NCBI GenBank assembly: GCA_034429195.1
Contig: DAOUGQ010000007.1
Location: 251,899-315,898, forward strand
Origin: Anaerolineaceae bacterium
GTDB lineage: Bacteria > Chloroflexota > Anaerolineae > Anaerolineales > Anaerolineaceae
Direction of reading: 5' to 3'
Length of the DNA: 64,000 bases
Shown: one piece after another, positions 30,908 to 39,759 of the stretch
How the letters are laid out: each line of letters opens with the position of its first letter
Position numbering within the stretch: the stretch's first letter is position 1
The notes under the pieces: generated by a model
Seen by the model: the letters and a program-made list of their open reading frames with translations, nothing else
The model's database searches: none
Told to the model about the DNA's origin: nothing
Translations under genes and position numbers: made by a program

Positions 30908-31855
30908 GTGGGAAATGCTTGGAAGTTTTCCGGCCGAAGTATGGCAAATAATTGTCAGACAATAGATGAAGCTGTTCACGGATTTGAAGAACGGTTGAAT
31001 GATCACTTTTGCGGCAGGTGTTCGATGCTGCCGGTGTTGAAAACCTGGCGGGAGATGGGATTTGATATTGATGAGGTAAAAGACAAGCAGCCGAGAACTG
31101 GAAAAGAAGCGTTTGAACGCCTCTCTCATACTGAGCAATTGAGCATTCTCGGACCTGCGAAATTTGCAGCTTACAAAGATGGCGCTTTTCAGTTATCTGA
31201 TCTGGTTGGGGAAAAAGCGAATTCGCGCTGGGGATCAATGCGGTATGAGAAAAGTTTGAAGGAAGTTCTAGGTGAGGAAAAAGCGAAGGAATATACACGG
31301 TTGGCGCTGCTGGGTGTGGCAAGAAATGCACCAGGGTATTCGGCTGATGACCTTATTCGAGTGGTGGGAGTGGGATTGAGGGAATTGACACCACAAGAGT
31401 TGAATAAAGTTATTGAACATGTGGCTAAAGTTAAGTTCAATTCAAACGGAAAAGAAAAAGCCAGGAAAGCAATTTGGGGGCAATTATGGAATGGCAAAGT
31501 TATTCAACAAGGTGATATCGTTTCTCCAGATGTTGCTCATTATCTAAAACATGTTAAAGTTAATAATGAATGGCCTCAAGATGTAGAACTAGATGATTAC
31601 ATTCAAAGTTTAAAGGATGTAATAAATAATCCAAAATCAGGTATTTTTGTTTCCAGATACAATGAAGCCTGGCAAATTGGTTTTATTGATGAAAGTGGTA
31701 AATGGAAAGGTGAAAAAGGTTTTTCACACATTCTTGTTGAATATAAAGTAAAATATGGATATTGGGTTACAGGATTTCAGCCTGAAAATATTGGAACCCA
31801 TATTCAAAAGAATAGAGATAATTTTGTATGGATCAGGAAATTAATTTTAAGATAA
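30908..31855 (+). CDS. 5'-truncated MuF (phage head-morphogenesis) C-terminal segment fused to an unclassified C-terminal toxin-like domain
   Basis: NDHFCGRCSMLP resembles the H-x-x-CRC-x-x-P end of the Phage_Mu_F domain, and LSILGPAKFAAYKDGAFQLSDLVG resembles the post-MuF linker. The frame is closed by a TAG only 7 codons upstream of the GTG start. The last 140 or so codons switch to AT-rich composition. Confidence 0.45.
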   Translation: MGNAWKFSGRSMANNCQTIDEAVHGFEERLNDHFCGRCSMLPVLKTWREMGFDIDEVKDKQPRTGKEAFERLSHTEQLSILGPAKFAAYKDGAFQLSDLVGEKANSRWGSMRYEKSLKEVLGEEKAKEYTRLALLGVARNAPGYSADDLIRVVGVGLRELTPQELNKVIEHVAKVKFNSNGKEKARKAIWGQLWNGKVIQQGDIVSPDVAHYLKHVKVNNEWPQDVELDDYIQSLKDVINNPKSGIFVSRYNEAWQIGFIDESGKWKGEKGFSHILVEYKVKYGYWVTGFQPENIGTHIQKNRDNFVWIRKLILR

Positions 31856-32088
31856 AACAAATTCTTAACGATTTGTTTGATTTACAAGAACAGGAAGAAG
31901 ATTTTTCTGCAAATTCAGACCTGCTCACTATGTATTCATATGATTGGATCAATAATTTGTCAAGAATTACTTCCATCTGGCATTTGTTAAATAACGAGCA
32001 GCAAAAATTAATTACTCAGAAGTACGAGGAAGTAAAACCAATAGCGATAAAGTTGAAACTTCCCTGGCCAGAGGAATTGAGTAGTTAA
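31828..32088 (+). CDS. Putative cognate immunity protein
   Basis: 86-aa acidic ORF overlapping the toxin 3' end by 28 nt, with the same AT-rich composition, followed by a terminator. Confidence 0.35.
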   Translation: MDQEINFKIKQILNDLFDLQEQEEDFSANSDLLTMYSYDWINNLSRITSIWHLLNNEQQKLITQKYEEVKPIAIKLKLPWPEELSS

Positions 32089-32146
32089 GAAGTAATTTTG
32101 TGCTATACTGATTTTGACAAATAAATAGACGGTATTCAGTCGTTTC

Positions 32147-32196
32147 CGCCCGACACGTTTCTCAAAAGTGAGAGAGTGTTCGGGCGATTTTGTTTT
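32147..32196 (+). terminator. Intrinsic terminator after the toxin/immunity pair
   Basis: Stem CGCCCGACAC / GTGTTCGGGCG with one bulge, followed by ATTTTGTTTT. Confidence 0.6.
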
Positions 32197-32218
32197 AACC
32201 AACTTTGGAGGATGACAA

Positions 32219-32659
32219 ATGAAAGTTTATTTGAAGTGGATTGGAATCGGGCTGGTTGTTCTGGTGATCACTTTGCTGATCTTGCTGGCAGCTTTTGGGG
32301 CGATGTTCCCGGAAGGCACTCAAGCCAGTTCGGAGGTGCTGATCGTGCTGGCGGGCGGTGTGCTTTCGCTGGTGTTCATGTACTTCCCGGGGATGCGGGT
32401 GCAATTTGCAGAGTTGCGATCTGAGCAAAAGCAGTTGATCAACCTGGTACTTATTATTCTGCTGGCTGTTGGGATGCTGGTCATGACATGCACAAACTTT
32501 TACGTGATCCCAGGCATTTTGTGCACGAAAAACGGGGTGCTGCAATTGTTGATCTATGTATTTCTGGCAGGCGGTGGGAACCAGTTGACGTATAAGTACA
32601 GCCCTGAACCGGTGGACGTGAAGAATGCAAAAGCTGTTCGAGATGATGTATCTGGGTAA
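32219..32659 (+). CDS. Small membrane protein with four predicted TM helices (holin-like)
   Basis: Four hydrophobic segments and a charged C-terminal tail. GGAGG lies upstream of the ATG. Confidence 0.5.
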   Translation: MKVYLKWIGIGLVVLVITLLILLAAFGAMFPEGTQASSEVLIVLAGGVLSLVFMYFPGMRVQFAELRSEQKQLINLVLIILLAVGMLVMTCTNFYVIPGILCTKNGVLQLLIYVFLAGGGNQLTYKYSPEPVDVKNAKAVRDDVSG

Positions 32660-32664
32660 TTTTT

Positions 32665-32922
32665 ATGGAAGCTTACCTTTCAGCCATCATGGGAGTTGTA
32701 GGAGTCGTTGCGGGCGCTTTAATCACAGACGCAAGTCAACGGCATAAGGTGAAAGCTGAATCTGCCAAAGCGGAGGCTGAAGCGGCAAAAATCAAAGCTG
32801 AAGAGAATGAGCAGATCCGGCAAACGGTCATGTCATTGATCGAACCGTTGCAAGAGCAAATCAATTCATCCATAACACCCACACATAAGGAAATTGATAT
32901 CTCTAAATTAAAGTGGATGTGA
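32665..32922 (+). CDS. Single-TM protein with a coiled-coil tail (holin/spanin-like)
   Basis: N-terminal TM segment AIMGVVGVVAGALI, then AESAKAEAEAAKIKAEENEQ. It starts 5 nt after the previous stop. Confidence 0.4.
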   Translation: MEAYLSAIMGVVGVVAGALITDASQRHKVKAESAKAEAEAAKIKAEENEQIRQTVMSLIEPLQEQINSSITPTHKEIDISKLKWM

Positions 32923-33726
32923 GGCACAGGTTCTATCGTAGATTTCTTTTACTTCCTGTCGCAACACCTTATATTTTTCATAAGCCATATTTATCGTATT
33001 TGCATCTGACCCCAATTTGATTATTTCACAAAGCTGCTCATAAAAGGATTGCGGAATGAAATGGAAATTCTGGGTGATCTCTTGCACACGTTTTCTGCTT
33101 GGGAACAACACTTCATTCATTCCATATACCAACTGCAGAAGATTATCGATCGCATCGTCGATTGAGATATGAAAGAACAATACATCACGTCGATTGACTG
33201 CCCGCAATAAGTCTTCATCATCATCCAATAAAGCCAATGAACGTTTAAGAATGGCAGCTTTCAATTTTGGCGGATAAACATCCAGATTATTCTTGATATT
33301 TGTCAGAAAACCATCCTTTTCATGAAGAATCTGAATATTTTTGAACATGGCCAATCGTCCGGTTGGATAGTACCCATTCTCTCTTTTATATTGTTTACCT
33401 TCGATGATCGATGTGCAATCTTGCGTTACTTCGGATTCGGTAAAGTACATGATCCAGGTATCAATTCTATTTAAAAGTAGAAAATCTACATCTCCCCAAT
33501 ATTTCGAAACCATAACCCTTGTTTTCAGTGAGCCATTTTCTTTCAAATATAATGGGTACAGCAATTCACGAGTTTCAACAGGAGGAATTTCCGAACAATA
33601 GACAAATAGATCAATATCTCCTTCAGAACTTTTTTGTGGAATTGGATTACTGGTTAAACCTATTGCTTTTACTGGTTCGGCACGAGCGATATTATCAACA
33701 AGATCATCAATTGCTTTTTTTATCAT
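32908..33726 (-). CDS. Nucleotidyltransferase-domain protein with a DUF4037-like C-terminal region
   Basis: GDIDLFVY (G-x-D-x-D NTase motif) near the N-terminus; 272 aa. Confidence 0.5.
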   Translation of the reverse strand: MIKKAIDDLVDNIARAEPVKAIGLTSNPIPQKSSEGDIDLFVYCSEIPPVETRELLYPLYLKENGSLKTRVMVSKYWGDVDFLLLNRIDTWIMYFTESEVTQDCTSIIEGKQYKRENGYYPTGRLAMFKNIQILHEKDGFLTNIKNNLDVYPPKLKAAILKRSLALLDDDEDLLRAVNRRDVLFFHISIDDAIDNLLQLVYGMNEVLFPSRKRVQEITQNFHFIPQSFYEQLCEIIKLGSDANTINMAYEKYKVLRQEVKEIYDRTCASHPL

Positions 33727-33802
33727 ATTAACTCCATTGAAACCGTAAGAAATATCTTTCTGTCAGTATCATGAATAATCTCAAAGATTATATATCCTCT
33801 TT

Positions 33803-34654
33803 TCATATCGAATTCTTTATATCTGTAAATCGAAATTCATAATATTGAAATTTTTGGGCAGGCTGAAACGAAAGATGCATTGCAAGTTTTTTGGAAGGAA
33901 TATTTTCATCATCAGTTCCCCAATGGGGTGTTAAGCCATTTTGCAAACACTCATCGATGAATGCCTGTGCGACTAGCCTTCCATATCCTTTATTTCTTTC
34001 TTCTTTTTGATAGGTTTCAATAACGATCTCATGATCAGTTCCTGTAACTGCACAGGAGAAACAACTACTGATTATTTGCTTATCTTTTACAAGATAAAAA
34101 CCAATCCCTTTCTTCATAAAGTCATCGAGGGTTAGCCAGAACTCAAGAATACATTCTGATAATTCTTCTATCTCTGCGAACTGATCTGCTCGATTTTCGA
34201 TCTTCTTGATCTCTATTTTTCCTCCATTCCTGTCGAGAGGATTTTTTTCTTCTCTATACAACTTTTCATTGAAAATGAAATCTTGCCGGTATCCTGTTGC
34301 AAATTTTTCGTCTTTTAATATTTCAGATAAGGCATTGGAAAAACCGCTGTCATTTATGATAGCTCCAATAAATGTAGTACAACCTTGCTCCAGGTTCATT
34401 GGCGCCAGGGTATCCCTGAAGAGTTGCAAAAGTGACCCGTTGAAATCCCTATTTTTACCATCTCCAACAAAATAGAACAGGCAATTAATAGCCCAGACTA
34501 ATGCTGTTTTTGGGTTTATTGGATCGTCAGCAAAGATCCTTCCCCGAGTATTACACTCGATCACTGACTTTATTACGGTAGCGTAATTTAAATATTCAGC
34601 ATCAAGCAAGGGAAGGATTCTGGCATATTGAGAAGAGTCAAGCTCAACGATCAT
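33803..34654 (-). CDS. GNAT family acetyltransferase (C-terminal GNAT domain)
   Basis: NKGYGRLVAQAFIDECL is an acetyl-CoA-binding type motif in the C-terminal half. Confidence 0.5.
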   Translation of the reverse strand: MIVELDSSQYARILPLLDAEYLNYATVIKSVIECNTRGRIFADDPINPKTALVWAINCLFYFVGDGKNRDFNGSLLQLFRDTLAPMNLEQGCTTFIGAIINDSGFSNALSEILKDEKFATGYRQDFIFNEKLYREEKNPLDRNGGKIEIKKIENRADQFAEIEELSECILEFWLTLDDFMKKGIGFYLVKDKQIISSCFSCAVTGTDHEIVIETYQKEERNKGYGRLVAQAFIDECLQNGLTPHWGTDDENIPSKKLAMHLSFQPAQKFQYYEFRFTDIKNSI

Positions 34655-35016
34655 TGATGAAAATCCTCCTGAAGAAATAAATTGTTACGTAAAAGCTCAA
34701 TCAATATGATTGCTAGCAAAAGAATTTTATTTTCAAAAGAACTGGCATGTCGTTTGGTAACGATATTTTTTACTTGGTTAACCCCATAAGATCGGAAGAT
34801 AACAATTCACTTATGTGAAACCCCAAAGCATCTATGCTGTGCTACAATGGCAACGGGCTGAATATTGGCACTAACAAATCTAGATCGAGCATATAGTGAA
34901 AATAATTGGATTCTACCAACAGCAGCAATTATCGTTGTGAGTTTACAGTATAACAAAATTACACCGAATTAACAGCTAGATGAGTATTTAGACAAAAACA
35001 TTAGTAAAGAGATAAA

Positions 35017-35769
35017 ATGACGATCGCCGAATTCTACGATGAATTTTATGATAGAGCAGAAAAAAGTCATGCTCATGCTGTATTTTGTGAGCGGGTTTAC
35101 GGAATAAACCTGTGCCAACATGGCATGGCTGATGTACATCAGATCGAGTTGATGCTTGAATCGTTAAATCTGGATGAAACATGTTGCGTATTGGATTTAG
35201 GATGTGGTCCGGGTTATATATCAGCCTACATTCAAAAAAAGCTGCAATGCCACCTTGTGGGATTGGACATATCTTCAATAGCTATTCAAAGGGCAAATGA
35301 TCGATTTGGTTTGAAAAACCCAGATCTTCAATTCATCACAGGTGATATGGAGAATCTTGATTTTGGGAATGAATTGTTTGATGCCATTTTATTGATTGAC
35401 ACTCATTATTTTGTGGATGATTTTACCAGGATGATCCCAAAACTTCTTACACAGTTAAAAGAAAAAGGGAAGATCGCAATTTTTTCAGATGAAGGAAAAG
35501 GGATTGAAGGTCTGGATGAATCAAAAACAGAGCCTTCTGAGACAATCATAGGGCAATACTTGATCCACAAAAAGATTCCTTTTAAGGGTATTCGTTTATA
35601 CGAAGAAAATCGTGCTCATTGGATCAAGAAAAAGGAAGCTCTCGTTGAATTAAAAGAGGAATTTGAAAGTGAGAACAATCAGTTTCTTTATAACAACAGG
35701 CTGGCAGAATGTGATGATCATGATAGAACCCTGGATGGAAGGTATTTATTCATCATCAGCAAACCTTAA
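35017..35769 (+). CDS. Class I SAM-dependent methyltransferase
   Basis: Motif I VLDLGCGPGYIS, with a post-I acidic residue and a motif II-like segment. Confidence 0.8.
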   Translation: MTIAEFYDEFYDRAEKSHAHAVFCERVYGINLCQHGMADVHQIELMLESLNLDETCCVLDLGCGPGYISAYIQKKLQCHLVGLDISSIAIQRANDRFGLKNPDLQFITGDMENLDFGNELFDAILLIDTHYFVDDFTRMIPKLLTQLKEKGKIAIFSDEGKGIEGLDESKTEPSETIIGQYLIHKKIPFKGIRLYEENRAHWIKKKEALVELKEEFESENNQFLYNNRLAECDDHDRTLDGRYLFIISKP

Positions 35770-35868
35770 TTCATGAAATGCCCGATACCAGCACTCCGCT
35801 CCTGTGCCGTGTTAATTACTTCAGTAACCGTATAAGTTGATTTTCGCTTATTGCGGTTATCGAGAATT

Positions 35869-36432
35869 TTATATCCTGAGCAAGCCACGAAAACCCCTTA
35901 CAGCATAGTAAGAGGATGCACCGTTATGATACACAAATACATGATCGTAACGACGATCGCCGAAGATGGCTCCACCAAGTTTTCTTATTTCTGGCGGTGT
36001 TTTCAACCAGCTGGATGTTTTCGTATCAAACTTGCCAAGGCTTTGCAGCTCTCGATATTGTTCTTCGTTTAATAGCTCAATACCCATATCATTTGCCATA
36101 TCGATTGCGTTATCGCCAGGTTTGAACTCTTTCCTCGATTCTAGCGCTTCACGGTCATAACAAATATTTCTGCGACCTGCAGGGCTTTCTGCTGAGCAAT
36201 CGAAGAAAATGTATTCACCTGTCTCATTGTCATACCCCACAACATCCGGTTCGCCGCCGGTTCTTTCCATCTCACTGAGCGACCATAGTTTTTCAGGATT
36301 TGCTTCCAGCTTTAGCTGTACTTTTGCCCATTCGATCGTTTCATGGCGGTTCGTGTTTTTCTCAAAACGTTTTTTTAATGTTTTAAGCAGGTCTTCACGT
36401 TGTTCTGGTGATAAATCTTTTTTCGTACCCAT
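35869..36432 (-). CDS. DUF4256-family protein
   Basis: LEANPEKLWSLSEMERTGGEPDVVGYD and the overall 187-aa layout resemble DUF4256, judged from memory. Confidence 0.55.
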   Translation of the reverse strand: MGTKKDLSPEQREDLLKTLKKRFEKNTNRHETIEWAKVQLKLEANPEKLWSLSEMERTGGEPDVVGYDNETGEYIFFDCSAESPAGRRNICYDREALESRKEFKPGDNAIDMANDMGIELLNEEQYRELQSLGKFDTKTSSWLKTPPEIRKLGGAIFGDRRYDHVFVYHNGASSYYAVRGFRGLLRI

Positions 36433-36606
36433 AATCTTGTACCTCTATAAGCATCTTCGTTTTTATTACAGTAGAACGCATATCAATTCATTTTCATTAT
36501 ACATATATTAGAAGGTATAGATCGGCCGTATTCATGTTCAAGATACCGAGTGCAACCAATCTTTAACGCTTGATGTTGATAAAACCTTTACTGTTGCTTG
36601 GAAGGA

Positions 36607-37085
36607 TCAGGTTTTCCACATCCAGTTGTGGTGAGTGATGATGGATTGTGCATCCAGGGGCAACCTATCCCAGGCTGTGTGCCCGTCTTTTACAACCATC
36701 ACTTCGTAGTTTTTACTGGCAGCAACATGGATGGCGGTGTCTGCATTAAAATTAGTTGCACAGCCCGTAATGATGCACGTTTTCAAACCATGATGTTCGA
36801 GAAGATCAGGCAACTTGGTTTTGTAGAAAGAATCGCAAGCCTGGTAGCAGAACAACAAATCTATATCCATTCGTTCAAGAGACGGCAGAATTTGCCAGCC
36901 TTCTGATCCTGGTGTAAGCCTGCCTGCATTTTCATGCTGGATGAATATGACGATACCACCCCGGCGGCATGTACTACCCTGGCGATCTCATTTACCCGCT
37001 GGACAACACCTTTAGTATCATAGCGTGGTATGTCTCCATCAAATCATCCTGTTTGCATATCAATAACGTGCAGAACTACTCTCAT
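36607..37085 (-). pseudogene. Isochorismatase/cysteine-hydrolase family pseudogene
   Basis: MRVVLHVIDMQTG, then an in-frame TGA, then FDGDIPRYDTKGVVQRVNEIARVVHAA. A frame change near CGCCGGGG leads into GGIVIFIQHENAG...IITGCATNFNADTAIH. The usual catalytic Cys position also appears to be lost. Confidence 0.65.
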
Positions 37086-37519
37086 AAAACCTTCTTTCAT
37101 ACCCTGAGATATATAAGAGATTGGTTCAGCGGTACAGTCTATGACTATACCCGTTTACGTACTGTAGACCGGATGGATATAGGTTTGCAAGAATATCGTA
37201 TTATGTTGCTTATCGCAACGAATTTTCGTATTACTACTCCCCCTTTCATTACATATTTTTTATAACTCTTCACTTCCTATCATCAAACATATCACCCAAT
37301 GCAATTTAATAGAAACACCCAGTCTACCTGTTTTGGGATGGCCGCATTGATTCTTTACAGGCAAGATACCAGTAGTAGATATAGGTAAAAAGAGAAGTAG
37401 TGTTTGGAAATGGTTGAGATTTCTGTAGAGTTATAATAAGTTTTATCCATTTTATAGAAGTGTTTACAAAATATTTTCTACTTTTGAATTTTTACTTTCT
37501 CGATTTGTTCCACTGGCAG

Positions 37520-37906
37520 TCAGTCATCCATATTCCCATAATCACTCTTGTCAATTCGAAATGGTTCCACGGTTTGCGCATCACTTATTTCGATCAACAC
37601 CAGATAACGATTACCAGCCCACCTGTCATATTGCTTTTTGGTTAACTGGAGTCTGTCTTTATTACGATCAATTAACTGGTTAGACTCATCTTCTTTTAAT
37701 CTTTCTGAGTTGAATACCCTTTTTACTTTTGCAGAGGTTCGTATCATCCCTTCGGAATTGTTGTTGATGAAGTAGAGCACATCATTTTCGTTAACCCTGC
37801 CACAGGGCATCTTTCGACCCGCCGCGCCCCGAATGATCATCGTTTTCTTCCCGGAAAGTAAATCCAATTCTTTTGCATTTACATCCACATAAACCACATG
37901 ATCCAT
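37520..37906 (-). CDS. ASCH/PUA-like domain protein (tentative)
   Basis: 128-aa ORF with a beta-barrel-like pattern (KKTMIIRGAAGRK...VLYFI). The assignment rests on general resemblance only. Confidence 0.35.
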   Translation of the reverse strand: MDHVVYVDVNAKELDLLSGKKTMIIRGAAGRKMPCGRVNENDVLYFINNNSEGMIRTSAKVKRVFNSERLKEDESNQLIDRNKDRLQLTKKQYDRWAGNRYLVLIEISDAQTVEPFRIDKSDYGNMDD

Positions 37907-38166
37907 GATTATTGTCCTAAGATTGCTTATTTAGGTTTTGCAACCTTATAGTTTGGGTTATGAAGTACGGTCTGGCATAATGATCTGCCAAACAATTAAA
38001 GAACAGAAATTAATATACATTGAAGTAGAATTCCACGATAATGAAGTATTACTTGCTTAACCTTTTTTATGACAAAATTTTTCTCGTTAGGAAATAGCCT
38101 CATTATATGTTGTGTTTCTTGGTATAGTTTGACCAGTAGCCTGTTCTGCGATATTGATTAGTTTAT

Positions 38167-38604
38167 CTACGATTTTTTAGCAAATACACAAAGATGTTCA
38201 GCATCTTCATAATTAGCAATTGATGGATTGATTATTCCATGTGAAATATCATTGCAAAAAATGACTAGCTCATCAAATCCAGGAAATTCAATTGGAAGTA
38301 TCTTGTACCATTCTTCAATTCCTTTTCTGGAAGTTAATTTTGTTTGGGCAAAGTAGGAATTGTAAAACCAAGCCATTTTATCTTGTAAACCAGGGTGCTT
38401 CTTCTTTAAGAAATTATTCATTTCTTGTTCTTTTCCAAGCGTTTCAATAATTTGGGTTAAATTTGCTTCGATAAAAAAACCAGCAAAAACTAAGGCAACA
38501 ATACAGTCTGAAATTTCTGTAAGGTGATTATCCATTTTTGCTCGTTTTAATGCTTGCCAACTAATCGCAATCAAAATGGACGCATCTTTACTTATTTCTG
38601 GCAT
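38167..38604 (-). CDS. Hypothetical all-helical protein, HEPN-like with a variant motif
   Basis: FCNDISHG sits where HEPN proteins carry R-[ND]-x-x-x-H-G, preceded by FFIEANL. The gene is AT-rich. Confidence 0.35.
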   Translation of the reverse strand: MPEISKDASILIAISWQALKRAKMDNHLTEISDCIVALVFAGFFIEANLTQIIETLGKEQEMNNFLKKKHPGLQDKMAWFYNSYFAQTKLTSRKGIEEWYKILPIEFPGFDELVIFCNDISHGIINPSIANYEDAEHLCVFAKKS

Positions 38605-38801
38605 TTCTTTCTTTCCCTAGGTATATATCTGATTTGTAGAATATGGATTATCGAATAAAGCTATTCATTGATATATGGTTGTAGACTCGCCTTGAAAGCA
38701 GAACTATTTCAAATCGTTTTTTCCGGAACAGGAAATGTTTGAAAATGCACAAGAATCTGTAATGAAGAGATACCCAAATTGGGGGGCATTTTTGTTTAGC
38801 A

Positions 38802-39578
38802 TCATACCCAATTAGGTTCTTTACAATGCGGACAGTTTACCCGAACTTTTGGCACACTTTCTCCTGCAAAACCCTGAATTACTTTTTGCGCCACAAAGCT
38901 CATTCCACATTTTTGACAATTTATAAATATACATGAGGATATTAAACCAGCCGCCATTGAGACTGACCTAGTGATTTTCACATTCGTTTCAGATGCTGTA
39001 CCTTCTCCAACTTTGCTTATTCTTTTACCAATACCTGAACCTGTATTTGTAATAATCTCTCCAACACCTTCACCCACAACCGTTATTTTCTCTCCTGATT
39101 CCTTATGATCAATTGTTACGTCAAGTCCTATCCCACTACCAGCATTTTGAATGATGCTTCCAAAACCGCCATCTGAAACCATAACTTCTCTGATAGGAAC
39201 TTCTCCTGATTTGCGTCTAGAAATGAATTCTTCGTGTTCTTTTTTCCAAGTGTGAAGTAAATCAACTGTATATTTTCGTACGTCCAAATCTATTTCCCTA
39301 GCACAATTTTTACAAAGCCATATTCCATTTGAGATATGCCTTCTTTGAGCATCTGTCATATCAGGATCATATCTTGCTTGACCTTTTCTGGCTGCCTTAA
39401 TATGAGCAGCTTCGCCTAGGTTAATAGCTTTATCGTCTTCCGAATGTGCAAAGCTCGTAGACATTCTACATTCAGGATTGGAGCATGTCTGTCCTGCACG
39501 CTTTGCCAATATGTCCTTTGTTTTCTGCGTGAAATCGGGACCTTCTAACATTTTCTTGCACCTTTGATATTTTTGCAT
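38802..39578 (-). CDS. HNH-type nuclease domain protein with Gly-rich tandem repeats and a C-terminal zinc ribbon
   Basis: CSNPEC...GEAAHI...NGIWLCKNCAREID gives the HNH-like core. Five G-x-G-x-G-type units follow (GGFGSI, GSGIGLDV, GEGVGEI, GSGIGKRI, GEGTASE), then CQKCG...CPHCKEP. Confidence 0.6.
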   Translation of the reverse strand: MQKYQRCKKMLEGPDFTQKTKDILAKRAGQTCSNPECRMSTSFAHSEDDKAINLGEAAHIKAARKGQARYDPDMTDAQRRHISNGIWLCKNCAREIDLDVRKYTVDLLHTWKKEHEEFISRRKSGEVPIREVMVSDGGFGSIIQNAGSGIGLDVTIDHKESGEKITVVGEGVGEIITNTGSGIGKRISKVGEGTASETNVKITRSVSMAAGLISSCIFINCQKCGMSFVAQKVIQGFAGESVPKVRVNCPHCKEPNWV

Positions 39579-39759
39579 ACATCAACCACCCCATTTACTA
39601 TTAGCCTAAATATGATTTGCTATGTGTTAATCTTCAAAATATTCTTTTTAGCAATAACAAATACTTTTCTTTTCCAACCCTTAAGCACACCCCACTCTTG
39701 AATAAAATTATATACTAAATATCCTGCAAATCTCCCTGATTAAAATCCCCCTTTGCTTT

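Larger units (their letters stand above)
30908..32922 (+). mobile_element. Degenerate prophage / polymorphic-toxin remnant (MuF tail plus toxin, immunity ORF, two holin-like ORFs)
   Basis: See the component CDS entries. No integrase, capsid or terminase genes are present, so this is a remnant only. Confidence 0.3.

Noticed and set aside
30869-31497. Minus-strand ORFs of 89, 142 and 102 aa overlapping the MuF-toxin ORF.
   Set aside because: They have no motifs or RBS and are fully antisense to an ORF with recognisable MuF-tail motifs.
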